This document shows, piece by piece, positions 53,303 to 64,000 of a stretch of DNA of 64,000 nt (positions are counted from its first letter, which is position 1; each line of letters begins with the position of its first letter). The position numbers were made by a program, and so were the translations under genes. Source of the stretch: Octopus sinensis (taxonomy: Eukaryota); assembly GCF_006345805.1 (NCBI RefSeq), contig NC_042998.1, positions 162,750,001 to 162,814,000 on the forward strand. Direction: 5' to 3'. Under the pieces are notes generated by a model that searched no databases, was not told where the DNA came from, and worked only from the letters and a program-made list of their open reading frames with translations.

Positions 53303-53531
53303 TTACGGAGATGTACTTGCATAGCAAGTGACCTGATCTGAGATCATGTGCTGAAACGAAAACAAATGCAGCGTGGACGGTGTTTATACGCCATTTAAGA
53401 AACACACAAAATCCGTTAGATTCATTTCAACATTTAAATTTAGACAAATTATATTTAAATGTTGAAGTGAATCTAACGGATTTTGTGTATTTCTTAAATA
53501 GCTTTTAAACACCTTCCACGCTGCAATTGTT
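53303..53531. mobile_element. Palindromic element inside (TA)n with a 79-bp-arm hairpin
   Basis: Arms 53361-53439 and 53453-53531, 13-nt loop, about 7 mismatches. The same head occurs at 4326-4406. Confidence 0.85.
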
Positions 53532-54533
53532 ATATATATATATATTTATATACATATATACATATATCAAAGATAATACTTCGCTGAAAAAGTTTAATAA
53601 GACTGAAACATTGTCAACTCTACCACTAAAATCAGACTTATTCTTCGTTGCATTGCTCATATTACATTTTTAATCAGTTTCAATCGATTAGAATGTCTTT
53701 GTTCATTACATTGAGTTTTTTAATACCGACCTTACTATTTCGTTGCATGCCGATCGTTATCCACGACCTATTTTCTAGACCTATAATATACAAATAATTT
53801 GCTAATCGTAACTCCTTAAGTGTTCTGTTGAATCGTTATTCGCCAAAAGTTAGTTGTTTTAAATTAGTAGCGAAGTATCTCTGCTATAATTTCTAAGGAG
53901 CCAATATGAAGTAGAATAATGTAGCAATCATTCTTCTTTAATCTTGTAACCAAAACATGGGTTGATGTTGTGCTGGAGCAAAATGGAATCTTTCCTGATT
54001 ATATAAGTGTGAAATTATGCGAGATTAAAAATGGCTGTACGAATTAGTTTGACAGGTAAAGGTGCATGTTTAGTCGGGGTAGAAGGAAAATAGGGAGGGA
54101 GGGCAATAGTTTACATCAAAGGTAGGGAAGTAGAAGGAGGTGGAAAGAACATGGCATGACAGCAGACCAAAGATTCAAGGTCTTTTAGTAACTGATGTGA
54201 ACAGATGGTTTGGAGATATTATTGCAACTGCTACTGGTGTTGTTTTTGTTGTTGTTGCTGCAGCTGTTGCTGTTGGTTTGTTGATATTTAAGCCATCTTA
54301 CCCACAATCTAGAAGACTTATGATCGAGCCGTTCCTATTTTTTTTATTTAGGCATATTCCCAGGATTTAACATATATACACCGTATATTATCACACACAC
54401 ACATATATATATGTATATAAACACTCACGCCCATTGTTTTTCCAGGTGATAAGATGTGATTTGAGGAACATTTGCCTCCTATTTCTATCAGTTTCAGTGA
54501 CCCCTAATAAGGTTCTTTACGTGATCATATATG

Positions 54534-54578
<45 letters not shown>

Positions 54579-55052
54579 ATATATATATGTATTTGTGTGT
54601 GCATATGTATATATATAATATATATATATATATATTATACATACATACATACATGCATACATACATAAATACATACATACATACATACATACATACATAC
54701 ATACATACATACATACATACATACATACATACATACATGCATACATACATATATATGTATTTATATCTGTGTGTGTATATGTTATATATATATATATATA
54801 TTATATATATATATATATAATATATATATATTATATATATATATATAATATATATATATATATCAAATTGTGTATAAAAGTAAACAACGTTTTGGACCAT
54901 GAAGAATTTGTACAGGATTTTTGCAGAATTTTGAATGTTTTTAAACTTTTTTTTTGTTTTGCAATTGTCTGATTATTCAGACATAGACTTGCCTAAATGA
55001 ATCAATAAATTAACATTGATATTTTTTTTCACCCTTGTTACAATAATCTGAA

Positions 55053-55712
55053 ATGGAATTGTCAAAGCGCAATATTCGAGCAATTTTGCTATTCAACTTC
55101 AAAAAAGGACGTAAAGCTGCCGAAACTGCTCGCGATATCAACGAAACGTTTGGTGAGGAAATGACCAATGAGTGGACACCCTGAAAATGGTTTAAATGAT
55201 TTCACAGTGGAGAGCCGAGTCTTGAAGATCGGGAGCATAGTGACACTCATCTGTCGTCTACGATGGTCAATTAAAGACTCGAGAAACGTTATCCAGAAAA
55301 CTGTCTGCAGCCATTTGCATCCGATCGAAAAATAAAGAAAGAACTCGGCAAATGAGTATCACACGATTTAAATGAAAATCAGAAAATACGCAGTTATTAA
55401 ATTTGCTCGTCGCTTCTTCTCTGTAACCAGACCGGTCCATTTCTCGACCGTATTGTAACTTGCGATAAAAAGTAGATTCTGTACAACAATATAAAAAAAA
55501 ACGATCTTCGCATTGATTAGAGCAAAATGCTAAACTCATCCACTGTAACTTCTTAAAACCCGGAGGTCTAATCATTCTTCATGACAATTCTCGACCACGC
55601 GTTTCACTAATCACGCTCCAGAAGTTGAGGGAACTTGGCTACGAAGTTCTTCCCCACCCAGTTTATTCCACAAACCTTTCTCCTACCGACTTCCACTTTT
55701 TCAAGCACCTTG
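55053..55712 (+). mobile_element. Decayed, multiply deleted mariner transposase (Hsmar1/cecropia-like)
   Basis: MELSKRNIRAILLFNFKKGRKAAETARDINETFG...FLDRIVTCDKK*ILYNN...LHDNSRPRVSLITLQKLRELGYEVLPHPVYSTNLSPTDFHFFKHL. Confidence 0.92.
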
Positions 55713-55774
55713 CTATAGTTGAAGACACTTTCCCAAGGTGTCACGCAGTGGGACTGAACCCGGAACCTTGTAGT

Positions 55775-55848
<74 letters not shown>

Positions 55849-56070
55849 CGTTGTGTGTGTGGGGGGGTTGTCCCTCATCAGCGCTTGACAATTGGTGTTG
55901 GTGTGTTTACGTTCCCGTAACTTAGCGGTTCGGCGATAGAGATTCGATAGAATAAGTACCAGACTTAAAAAAAAAAAAACTAAGTACTGGGGTCGATTCG
56001 TTCTACTAAAAAAAAATTTGAAGTCGGTGCTCCGGTATGGCCTCAGCCTAGTGACTGACACAAGTAAAAG
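55713..56070. mobile_element. CORE-like SINE fragments around (AGAT)n
   Basis: Minus-strand head piece at 55713-55775 and plus-strand tail at 55850-56070. Confidence 0.7.
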
Positions 56071-57081
56071 GTTAGAAAGTTAAGAACATGAACAACAACG
56101 ACAACAAGAAACTCTATCATAAGCAATCTCCATCGATTTGTTATCCAAAGAAGAATTTCAAACAAAATATCAATAACTTTGATTAAACGTTTCCAGAAAT
56201 TACTGTTGTCACAATGTGTGCAGTGCGACCTCTATAGCTGAAATAATAATGTTCATCTTTGACAAATCTAACGAATAATAAGCGAAAATAACTTCCAATG
56301 TCACTTTTCCATGTTTTCTTGGAGAAATTCATCAGAAGTAATCTGGAATAATTCAATTTATTTTCGTTACCATATATTCAGGAATTCTTGGTTAGTCGAA
56401 GAAAGAAGAACGGTTTTGCACCAATACATGTGTGTGTATGTGTGTTTGTGTGTGTATGTGTTCATCTGTGTATGGTTGTGTCTGTGTTTGCATGCTTATA
56501 TATATATATATATATATATACACGTCTATTCGTACATGATTGCATACACAGATGAAAATATTTATATACACATGCGTACGTAGTTTTATGCTCACACACA
56601 CATTCAGGCATATAAAGATGCATAGATGCAAACATATACACAGACGCATATGTACACTTATATATATGCACAAACATCTACATACACGCATACGCATGAA
56701 TGTGTGTCTATGTATTGAGTTGCATAAATACATGCATACACACGCACACACACGCAAATATGTATACAATACGCATGCAAACACACGCACATATATACAT
56801 TCGTACATACAAATATGGATACATGCATATATACACACGCACGTACAGATATACATTATACACACATCGAAGTAATTTATAAACCAACAATAACAGATAA
56901 ACACAATATGGCATTGAGGTTTGTTAATTTGCGAGTCGCTTTATTGTCATCCTTCATTGAAGACTCAAAGAAAAGTCTTCCACGACCTGACGCATAATTT
57001 CATTATGGCGGAAGGCGTCGTCAGCCGAGATAAATTGTCTCCTGTTATCAACACAACATATCTTTGCTTCAGCAAAAAGGA

Positions 57082-57082
<1 letters not shown>

Positions 57083-57119
<37 letters not shown>

Positions 57120-57194
57120 AGAAGAAGAAGAAGAAGAAAACTATGATGATAACGAAGAAGAGGAGGTCGAATAAGGAGATTGATTCCTATTACT

Positions 57195-57225
<31 letters not shown>

Positions 57226-57233
57226 TTATTATT

Positions 57234-57269
<36 letters not shown>

Positions 57270-57270
57270 A
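57083..57270. repeat. Compound (AGT)n(AAG)n...(TAT)n(TGT)n
   Basis: Direct inspection. Confidence 0.9.
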
Positions 57271-57289
57271 TTCGGTGAACAGGCAGAAT

Positions 57290-57369
57290 GGTAAACACGC
57301 TGAGCAAAGCCTTGTGAGTGGATTTGGTAGGCGCGGAAACTGAAAAGAAGCCCGTCATATATATATATA

Positions 57370-57400
<31 letters not shown>

Positions 57401-57547
57401 TCCGTCAACATCGCTTGACAACGGATGCTGGCGTGTTTACGTCTCCGTAACTTAGCGGTTCAGCAAAAGAGATCGATAGAATAAGTACCAGGCTTAAAAA
57501 TATAAATGCTGGGGTTGATTTGTTCAACTAAAATTCCTCAAGGCGGA
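57290..57547 (+). mobile_element. CORE-like SINE, 5'-truncated
   Basis: aaagccttgtgagtggatttggtag...cgtaacttagcggttcagcaaaagagatcgatagaataagtacc. Confidence 0.85.
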
Positions 57548-57810
57548 AAGATAAAAGAGACATGTGGTGGTGGGGAGGGGACCAAGAGGAAAGAACGCAG
57601 GAGAAAACAAAAGTCAATTGGACGTCAACAGTGAATATATTAGATTGACGCTCAGTGAAATGTTTAGATGGAAAAATAGGAGTAAAAATGACGTTTCGAG
57701 CATGCATCTTTGTCTCCCGGATAAAAGAAAAAAGCCTAGAGAAGGGAGAAAGGAGGAAGGAGCAGATAGTCCGCTCGTGTGTGTGATGATAGATAAATAG
57801 ATAGATAGAT

Positions 57811-57894
<84 letters not shown>

Positions 57895-59479
57895 GTATAC
57901 ACACATGCAAAGAGTGAAAGAGAGAGAGAGAGAGAGAAGTCAAAACTAAGAAGAAATTAAGGTATTTTAGGGAATCAATATATTTTGATCAAAACCCAAT
58001 ATTCGACCAGACTGTTTGTTGAATTAAAACAGAATAAACAGACGAAATCTATGTCACCATCCATTTTTAGACTTCCACGCGAGCAGTTCCTTCTTGTTTT
58101 GACTTTATACTCAACTTTCACACTTACTAGCACCTCTGACCAATAACTGCCATCACTAGAGGCACCAGTACCTCAACTATCACCATTAGTAACACCTCCA
58201 CCACCAAAATCTCTATCTTCGCCGCCACCACCGTCACTCTTTTCATTATTGCTCTCAGCGTTGCCATCATCACTCCATCACCTTCATCATCATTTCCATC
58301 ATCAGCATCAGCGCTATTACTGTCACCCTCTCCCTTTCCATAATCACCAACGCGCCACCGCCGTTACCATCGCTTCCACCATTAGAAGTATCACTGTCTC
58401 TGTCACCATCAGCACCACCAACACCATCAGCACCATATTTGTCACCATCACCACACTCATCACCTACCACCACACTCATCACCCACCACCACCATCATCA
58501 CTCACAACGGCACCATTATCTCTACCCCGATCTTCTCCACCATCATCGTCAGCATCATCATCACCATCTCTGACATCACGATCGTTATCACCATCACCAT
58601 TAGCACCACCATTGCAATCATTTCCATCACCACAAAAAATAACACTACCATCATCAACAGCCGAAGAATTGCTCCCATCACTTACTTTACAAAATCCCTT
58701 TTCACCCAGTTCGATATTTTCCACCACAACACAAACAGCGACTGTTTTTGTGCTTTTTTAATGGAATTTTTGTTCCACTTAATAACTCATAGACTTAATA
58801 ATATACTAAAAAGGCAACCAAAAACTTTAGTCGGTGGTCTGAACCGATAAAGATAATATAGATCTTATGAGGAAAAGAAAGCGGTATTAAGATTTCAAGC
58901 AAGGAACTCTTTACCACGATAAAAAAGAAAAATATATAGCAAAGTTAAAGGAAAAGGTTTTATGTGCGTTATTGAACAAACATGAGTACTAATAGCAAAA
59001 AGAAGTGTCTATGAGTATGTGATTTCAAGTAAAGAAGAATGTAATAGGGGAGGGTTAAAAGGTTGTTGATGACGAATAGAGAATTAAGGAGTAGATCGGG
59101 TTGCGTTGGTAATTTGAGTAGCGATACGTATATGTCAGCAGGTGGTTTGGTCAAATTGTGGAAATATGTATGCTTGTGTAAGCGAGTAGAAACAAACAAA
59201 AAAAAAAACCAAAGAAAAAGTAGACAAGCTTGTGTGAACATAGCATCATGTATGTGTGAGCAAGTAGAAAGATTCAAATAGTGTGAATTTGGATGGAAAT
59301 TCAATTGATTATTGATTCCAGATGGAAAAAAATAGCCATTGCCCTCGAAGGAACTCTAGAACTGGTGTTCGAGAAGAAAAATAATTAAGACGTTGATGAA
59401 AATAACCATGCGAGTTGAAGCGGTGATCAACAGGTGTTCCAGGTCTGTTGCTACTCTGTATCACATGTTAACTACTTAC

Positions 59480-60115
59480 CACAATGCTTTCAAGTTTTGG
59501 CACAAGGCCAGTAATTTTAGGGGAGAGGTGAGTCGATTACATCGATTCCAGTTTTCAACTAGTACCCCGAAAGGATGAAAGACAAAGTCGACATCGGGAG
59601 AATTTGAACACAGAACGTAAAGACGGACAAAGTGCCGCCAATCATTATTCCCGGCATGCTAACGATTCTGTAAGATCACCGCCTTCATCTGGTTACCACA
59701 TTAAGAGACAGAATGTTACGAGTGATGAAGGGAAATACCGAAGGAATGGAAAAGAGAGGAGAATAAAGAGGAGAGAGAGAGAGTGAAGGAAACGAGAGGG
59801 GTGAATAGGAAGAAGATACAAGAGCGGATAAGACTATAAGAGGGATTACTGTCACCTGAAGAGTGAGTTGTTGCTGTTATTAGCCAACCCTAAGGCTGTG
59901 AGCTGGCAGAATCGTTAACATGCCACCGGACAAGTTGCTTAGCGGCGTTTCGTCAGTCTTTATATTCTGAGTTCAAATTTTACCAAGGTCCATTTTGCCT
60001 TTCACTCTTTCGACGCCGATAGAATAAGCACCAATCAAATGCTGGAATCAATATAATTGGTTTCCTTTTCCCCAAAAAATCTGCTGGCCCTTAGCCAAAA
60101 TTTGAAGCCATTGTT
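59480..60115. mobile_element. Two degenerate Meta-like SINEs (59480-59690 minus; 59900-60115 plus)
   Basis: Heads gagctggcagaatcgttaacatgcc, and the domain ccccgaaaggatgaaagacaaagtcgac. Confidence 0.7.
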
Positions 60116-60179
60116 ATCCAAATCTGATTAAAAAGCATTTCAGTCATGTCAGTTCTATCTTTTTAATACTTCACACACA

Positions 60180-60516
60180 GGCACCGTATGACTGAATGGC
60201 TGAAAATTTCACTTCACAACGACGAAATATTGGGTTCGATCTTACCACATGGCATCTCAGTAAATGTCATTTTCTATAACCTCGGATTGATCAGTGTCTT
60301 GAGAGTGAACTTGGACAGACGGGAATTGTACAGAAGCCAGTCGAGGAGACTGTTCCTATAATTCAAAAATGGCACAGACTTTTTACATACTGGATTGCGC
60401 TGATTTTACTTGGGAAGTAAATGGGCACACGTGTATGTGAACTGGTCAGCCACTTACGCGTTAATTCAAGAGCAGATAATTCAAGTTATGGAAACCTGAA
60501 TCCTCGTCACTGAAAG
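60180..60516 (+). mobile_element. Old SINE pieces: CORE-like head (60180-60345) and probable family-A tail (60358-60516)
   Basis: Degenerate similarity only. The tail assignment is from recall, not from a copy in this window. Confidence 0.45.
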
Positions 60517-60732
60517 ACAAAGATCCACTATCACACACAGCACCATATTTTCATAAATGTCTTATATTTTTAAGACAGTAAACTGTTGGTTGAGGGAGAT
60601 TTAACTGCTATTGTTAGTAAGTTCCCGAACTCATCTTTGATGCTATTGGAAACGTTGGCAATTGCTGGATTAGCTGAATTCTTTGACTAACAAAGTTGAA
60701 AGGTGAAAACTTAGGGTTATTCTCACGTTTAC

Positions 60733-60915
60733 CTGCCATCGTCAGGCAGGAAAGAAAAAGATAGATTAGCGTCATACTTTGTTTAGAAATTATTCTGGTT
60801 GGACCAATACCACGTAGCAAAGGCGTGGTGGCGGCGTTGTTGTTGTTGTTACGATGGTAGTAATAGAGGTGGTGATAGTGGTAGTTTTGGAGGGTGGTTG
60901 TTATGAAGTGTTTTG
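60733..60915 (-). CDS. Candidate upstream exon (183 nt, phase 1-1)
   Basis: Acceptor tgtttggtttcAG and donor CAG|GTAAAC. Open frame xKHFITTTLQNYHYHHLYYYHRNNNNNAATTPLLRGIGPTRIISKQSMTLIYLFLSCLTMA is phase-compatible with the 43201 exon, but is partly low complexity. Confidence 0.35.
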
Positions 60916-61009
60916 CTGAAACCAAACACTAAGACCTTTCCATCCGTCGCTTTTCCACGTGTCCTGAAAAACGAGTCATTGAAATATAGAAACATAAGGT
61001 AAAACTACA

Positions 61010-61415
61010 GCATGCTAGCAGAATCGTTAGCACACCGGGCGAAATGCTTAGCGGTATTTCGCCTGTCCTTACGTTCTGAGTTCAAATTCCGCTGAGGTCG
61101 ACTTTGCCTTTCATCCTTTCGGGGCCGATAAATTAAGTACCAGTTGCGCACTGAGGTCGATATAATAGACTTAATCCGTTTGTCTGTCCTTGTTTGTCCC
61201 GTCTGTGTTTAGCCCCTTGTGGGTAGTAAAGAAATAAGTATTTCGTCTGCCGTTATGTTCTGAGTTCAAATTCCGCCGAGGTCAACTTTGCCTTTCATCC
61301 TTTCGGGGCCGATAAATTACCAGTTACGCATTGAGGTCGATATAATCGACTTAATCCGTTTGTCTGTCCTTGTTTGTCCCGTCTGTGTTTAGCCCCTTGT
61401 GGGCAATAAAGAAAT
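61010..61415 (+). mobile_element. Meta-like SINE dimer with 28-bp TSD
   Basis: TSD aaatatagaaacataaggtaaaactaca at 60982-61009 and 61416-61443. Junction at 61238/61239. Confidence 0.93.
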
Positions 61416-62711
61416 AAATATAGAAACATAAGGTAAAACTACAACTTCCGTTTCGTTTCTTTTCTTTTTACAGTTTACTTTATATTTCATCTTACATTGT
61501 TGCGGCCTTACACAAAGTGAAGTAATTTCACACAATGTTTCACCAAAACTACTGAACGTTTTACACGTAAAAGCAAACTTAAATGTGAAATAGCTTTCTG
61601 CTTTCTATTTACTATGATATCTGAAACTGTATACTAAATTTTCAAAAATAGCGTTACTTTAATTAAGGAATTTCAGTAATTCCAATCTATACCGTGAAAT
61701 ATAATTGTTTCCCATTACTATCAAAGATACTTGTACAGCACTTTAATTAAACGAAGATTTGTATATTTGTTGTTAATACGTCCCGGCAAATTCAACGCAA
61801 ATATGCGAGACGCTGTTGTGTATGCCACAGGACAATAGCTTCTCCTTTTTACGATGACAGTCTGTTCATAACATACTAGGTTTCTTGGCGCAAAGGTTTC
61901 TGGAACTCCGGTGTTTCGACATATTGTATCACGTCAATCAAAAGTTCTCGGACTTTTGAGCCTAAACAAGCCACCGGCTTTGATTATAATTTAAACGAAC
62001 AAACTATTTGCTCTAAGCATTTCGTACAAATATATATAAATTTAAATGTGACACAACGAAAGAATAAATTATTTTCTATACTCTATGGCATATAAAACCG
62101 TGTACTAACTTCTTGAATGCCTGAAGAAGGCAAGCGGAGTAATTGTGACATCTAGGCTTTTCCTAAAACCATTTGATATTTAAATGAAATAGAATGGGTT
62201 CGGCTTGGGATTGTAACTGATACGCAGAACATGTTGGCTAGAATCTTAGCTTTTTGCCCTGTGGCAACTCTTGCCACAATTAGTCTGAGAAATATTACAA
62301 AATGTATATATTCTCATAATACAAATACGATTTCTTGCAAACACTCAACGTTTAATATGATTTTCAAGGGGCAAAGCCGATTTTTCAGCGCATTGCATAT
62401 AAGTGTGTTGGGAACTTAACACAATGATGGGCATAATAAGAGTAGGATGTGGAATTGTAAAAGTGAACAGCTGAATAAAGTTTGTTTTTTGAATTGTTTC
62501 GTTGGTTGTGCGGATGGTTGATTGGCTGGCTGGCTAGGTTGATGGTTTGTCTACAAAAGATGGCTGACTGTCAGCCCATGCTTGTATCATTACAAAAGAT
62601 CTATGCCGAAAGGGAAACTCACCGCTTTTTACTTAACTTGTTTGCGGACTATAAACAGTTTTCAGAAGCAAAATAACTTTTGCTCGAGGGCAACAGTTCC
62701 GTATTTTTGTG

Positions 62712-62953
62712 CTTTCTTCTTCTTCTTCTTCTTCTTCTTCTTCTTCTTCTTCTTCTTCTTCTTCTTCTTCTTCTTCTTCTTCTTCTTCTTCTTCTTCTTC
62801 TTCTTCTTCTTCTTCTTCTTCTTCTTCTTCTTCTTCTTCTCCTCCTCCTCCTCCTCCTCCTTCTTCTTCTTTCTTCTTCTTCTTCTTCTTCTTCTTCTTC
62901 TTCTTCTTCTTCTTTTCTTCTTCTTCTTCTTCTTCTTCTTCTTTATTATTGAG

Positions 62954-62995
<42 letters not shown>
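62712..62995. repeat. Long (CTT)n with a (CCT)n insert, then (TAT/CAT)n
   Basis: Direct inspection. Confidence 0.95.
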
Positions 62996-62996
<1 letters not shown>

Positions 62997-63178
62997 ACTT
63001 ACTGTTTTAATGCTTCTTTTTTATATTTATGCATACTTAATTGTTTGTTTTTCGTCAGTGTATATTTAGATAGAATTATGTGGAGTAGGTTAAAATGGCG
63101 GTGGTACGGGGATCATTAAAGAGAGTAAGAGGAGTACGGCTAGTGTTACTCATAGGAAGATTGAATGGTGGTGGTGTC

Positions 63179-63263
<85 letters not shown>
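63179..63263. repeat. (GTA)n
   Basis: Direct inspection. Confidence 0.95.
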
Positions 63264-63349
63264 ATGCTAGATGTTGTGGTGATGTAGTATGTAGTAGTGG
63301 TGACAGCAGATGACGATGATTTTTTAAATTAATGTTTAGTCTCGGATCA

Positions 63350-63600
63350 GTGGAGTCGCGTGGCTTAGTATTTAGGGTGTTGAACTCATGATCGTTAGAT
63401 TATGGATTCGATTCCTGGAAGGGTGATGTGTTATGTTCTTGAGCAAAACATCTTTCGTATTTGTCCATTCCTCTAAAATTGCAAAAATGAGTAATCATAC
63501 CAATGACTGTTATCCCGTCCAGAGAAACATATAACGCCACAGAATCCGGCAAACCGGCCTTACGAACCTATGGTTCGGGAGAAACCTTTGATCTTTTGAT
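63350..63600 (+). mobile_element. Very degenerate tRNA-headed SINE
   Basis: gtcgcgtggcttagtatttagggtg...ggattcgattcctgg...gttcttgagcaaaacatc. Confidence 0.55.
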
Positions 63601-63653
63601 TCTCCGATCAAGCGAGATCAAACAAACGTCATGGATCTTCTGTCAATTTAGCC

Positions 63654-63910
63654 CAGTGGTTCTCAAATATTTTTTGCTTATGGACCCCTTTAATTCCTAT
63701 CTTACTCAAGGCCGGGGACCTTCATAGTCATTCGCTGTCTAAAAACAGTTATATTTTTATGATTGAATATTATTAGGAACTGTATAACAAAAATGCTTAA
63801 ATATTTTATGCATTTTAGAAAAAAAGACCAATTTTATTGCACATAAATTTTAACAACGAAATCTTATATGGGCCACCAAGGGCCATAGAGATCCAGGTTG
63901 AGAACCCCTA
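63654..63910. mobile_element. hAT-type MITE with 8-bp TSD
   Basis: TIRs cagtggttctcaa and ttgagaaccccta. Flanks atttagcc and atttagac (7/8). Confidence 0.85.
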
Positions 63911-64000
63911 ATTTAGACGAAGAACATTCATTTATTTCTTCGGTCAACTGAACTATCTACTCTTTAAATTAACAAACATTTTAACTGGTTGATATTTCAC

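Noticed and set aside
54180-54330. N/S/Q-rich minus-strand frame with a GTAAGA donor
   Set aside because: There is no pyrimidine-tract acceptor, and the openness is explained by a (CAA/CAG)n-like tract.
61928-61955. Mariner TIR-like tatcacgtcaatcaaaagttctcggact
   Set aside because: It resembles the 37529 terminus, but no partner TIR or transposase remnant was found.

Overview
AT-rich, microsatellite-saturated eukaryotic DNA. The SINE families look like the tRNA-derived SINEs I recognise from Octopus, so a cephalopod genome is inferred but not verified. Nearly all ORFs in the supplied track are translations of simple repeats. The window is mostly transposon debris: four tRNA-headed SINE families (CORE-like, Meta-like, V-like, and one with a possibly Deu-like tail), three decayed mariners, Tc1-like remnants, hAT and Tc1/mariner MITEs, and a frameshifted Penelope-like GIY-YIG fragment. 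Two phase-compatible minus-strand exons (43201-43154 and 42462-42243), plus a possible upstream one (60915-60733), suggest the window is largely intronic to an unidentified gene. The most notable patterns are: (1) several unrelated short elements beside (TA)n tracts that form foldback hairpins and/or carry minimal hammerhead-ribozyme-like folds of the Penelope type; (2) three SINE dimers joined at the same nucleotide, two with TSDs around the whole dimer; (3) a near-identical 410-bp duplication sitting inside the arms of a palindromic element; (4) a GC-rich, TIR-bounded cassette inside a SINE. No rRNA, intact tRNA or CRISPR array was seen. Coordinates were counted by hand, and repeat boundaries may be off by a few bases.
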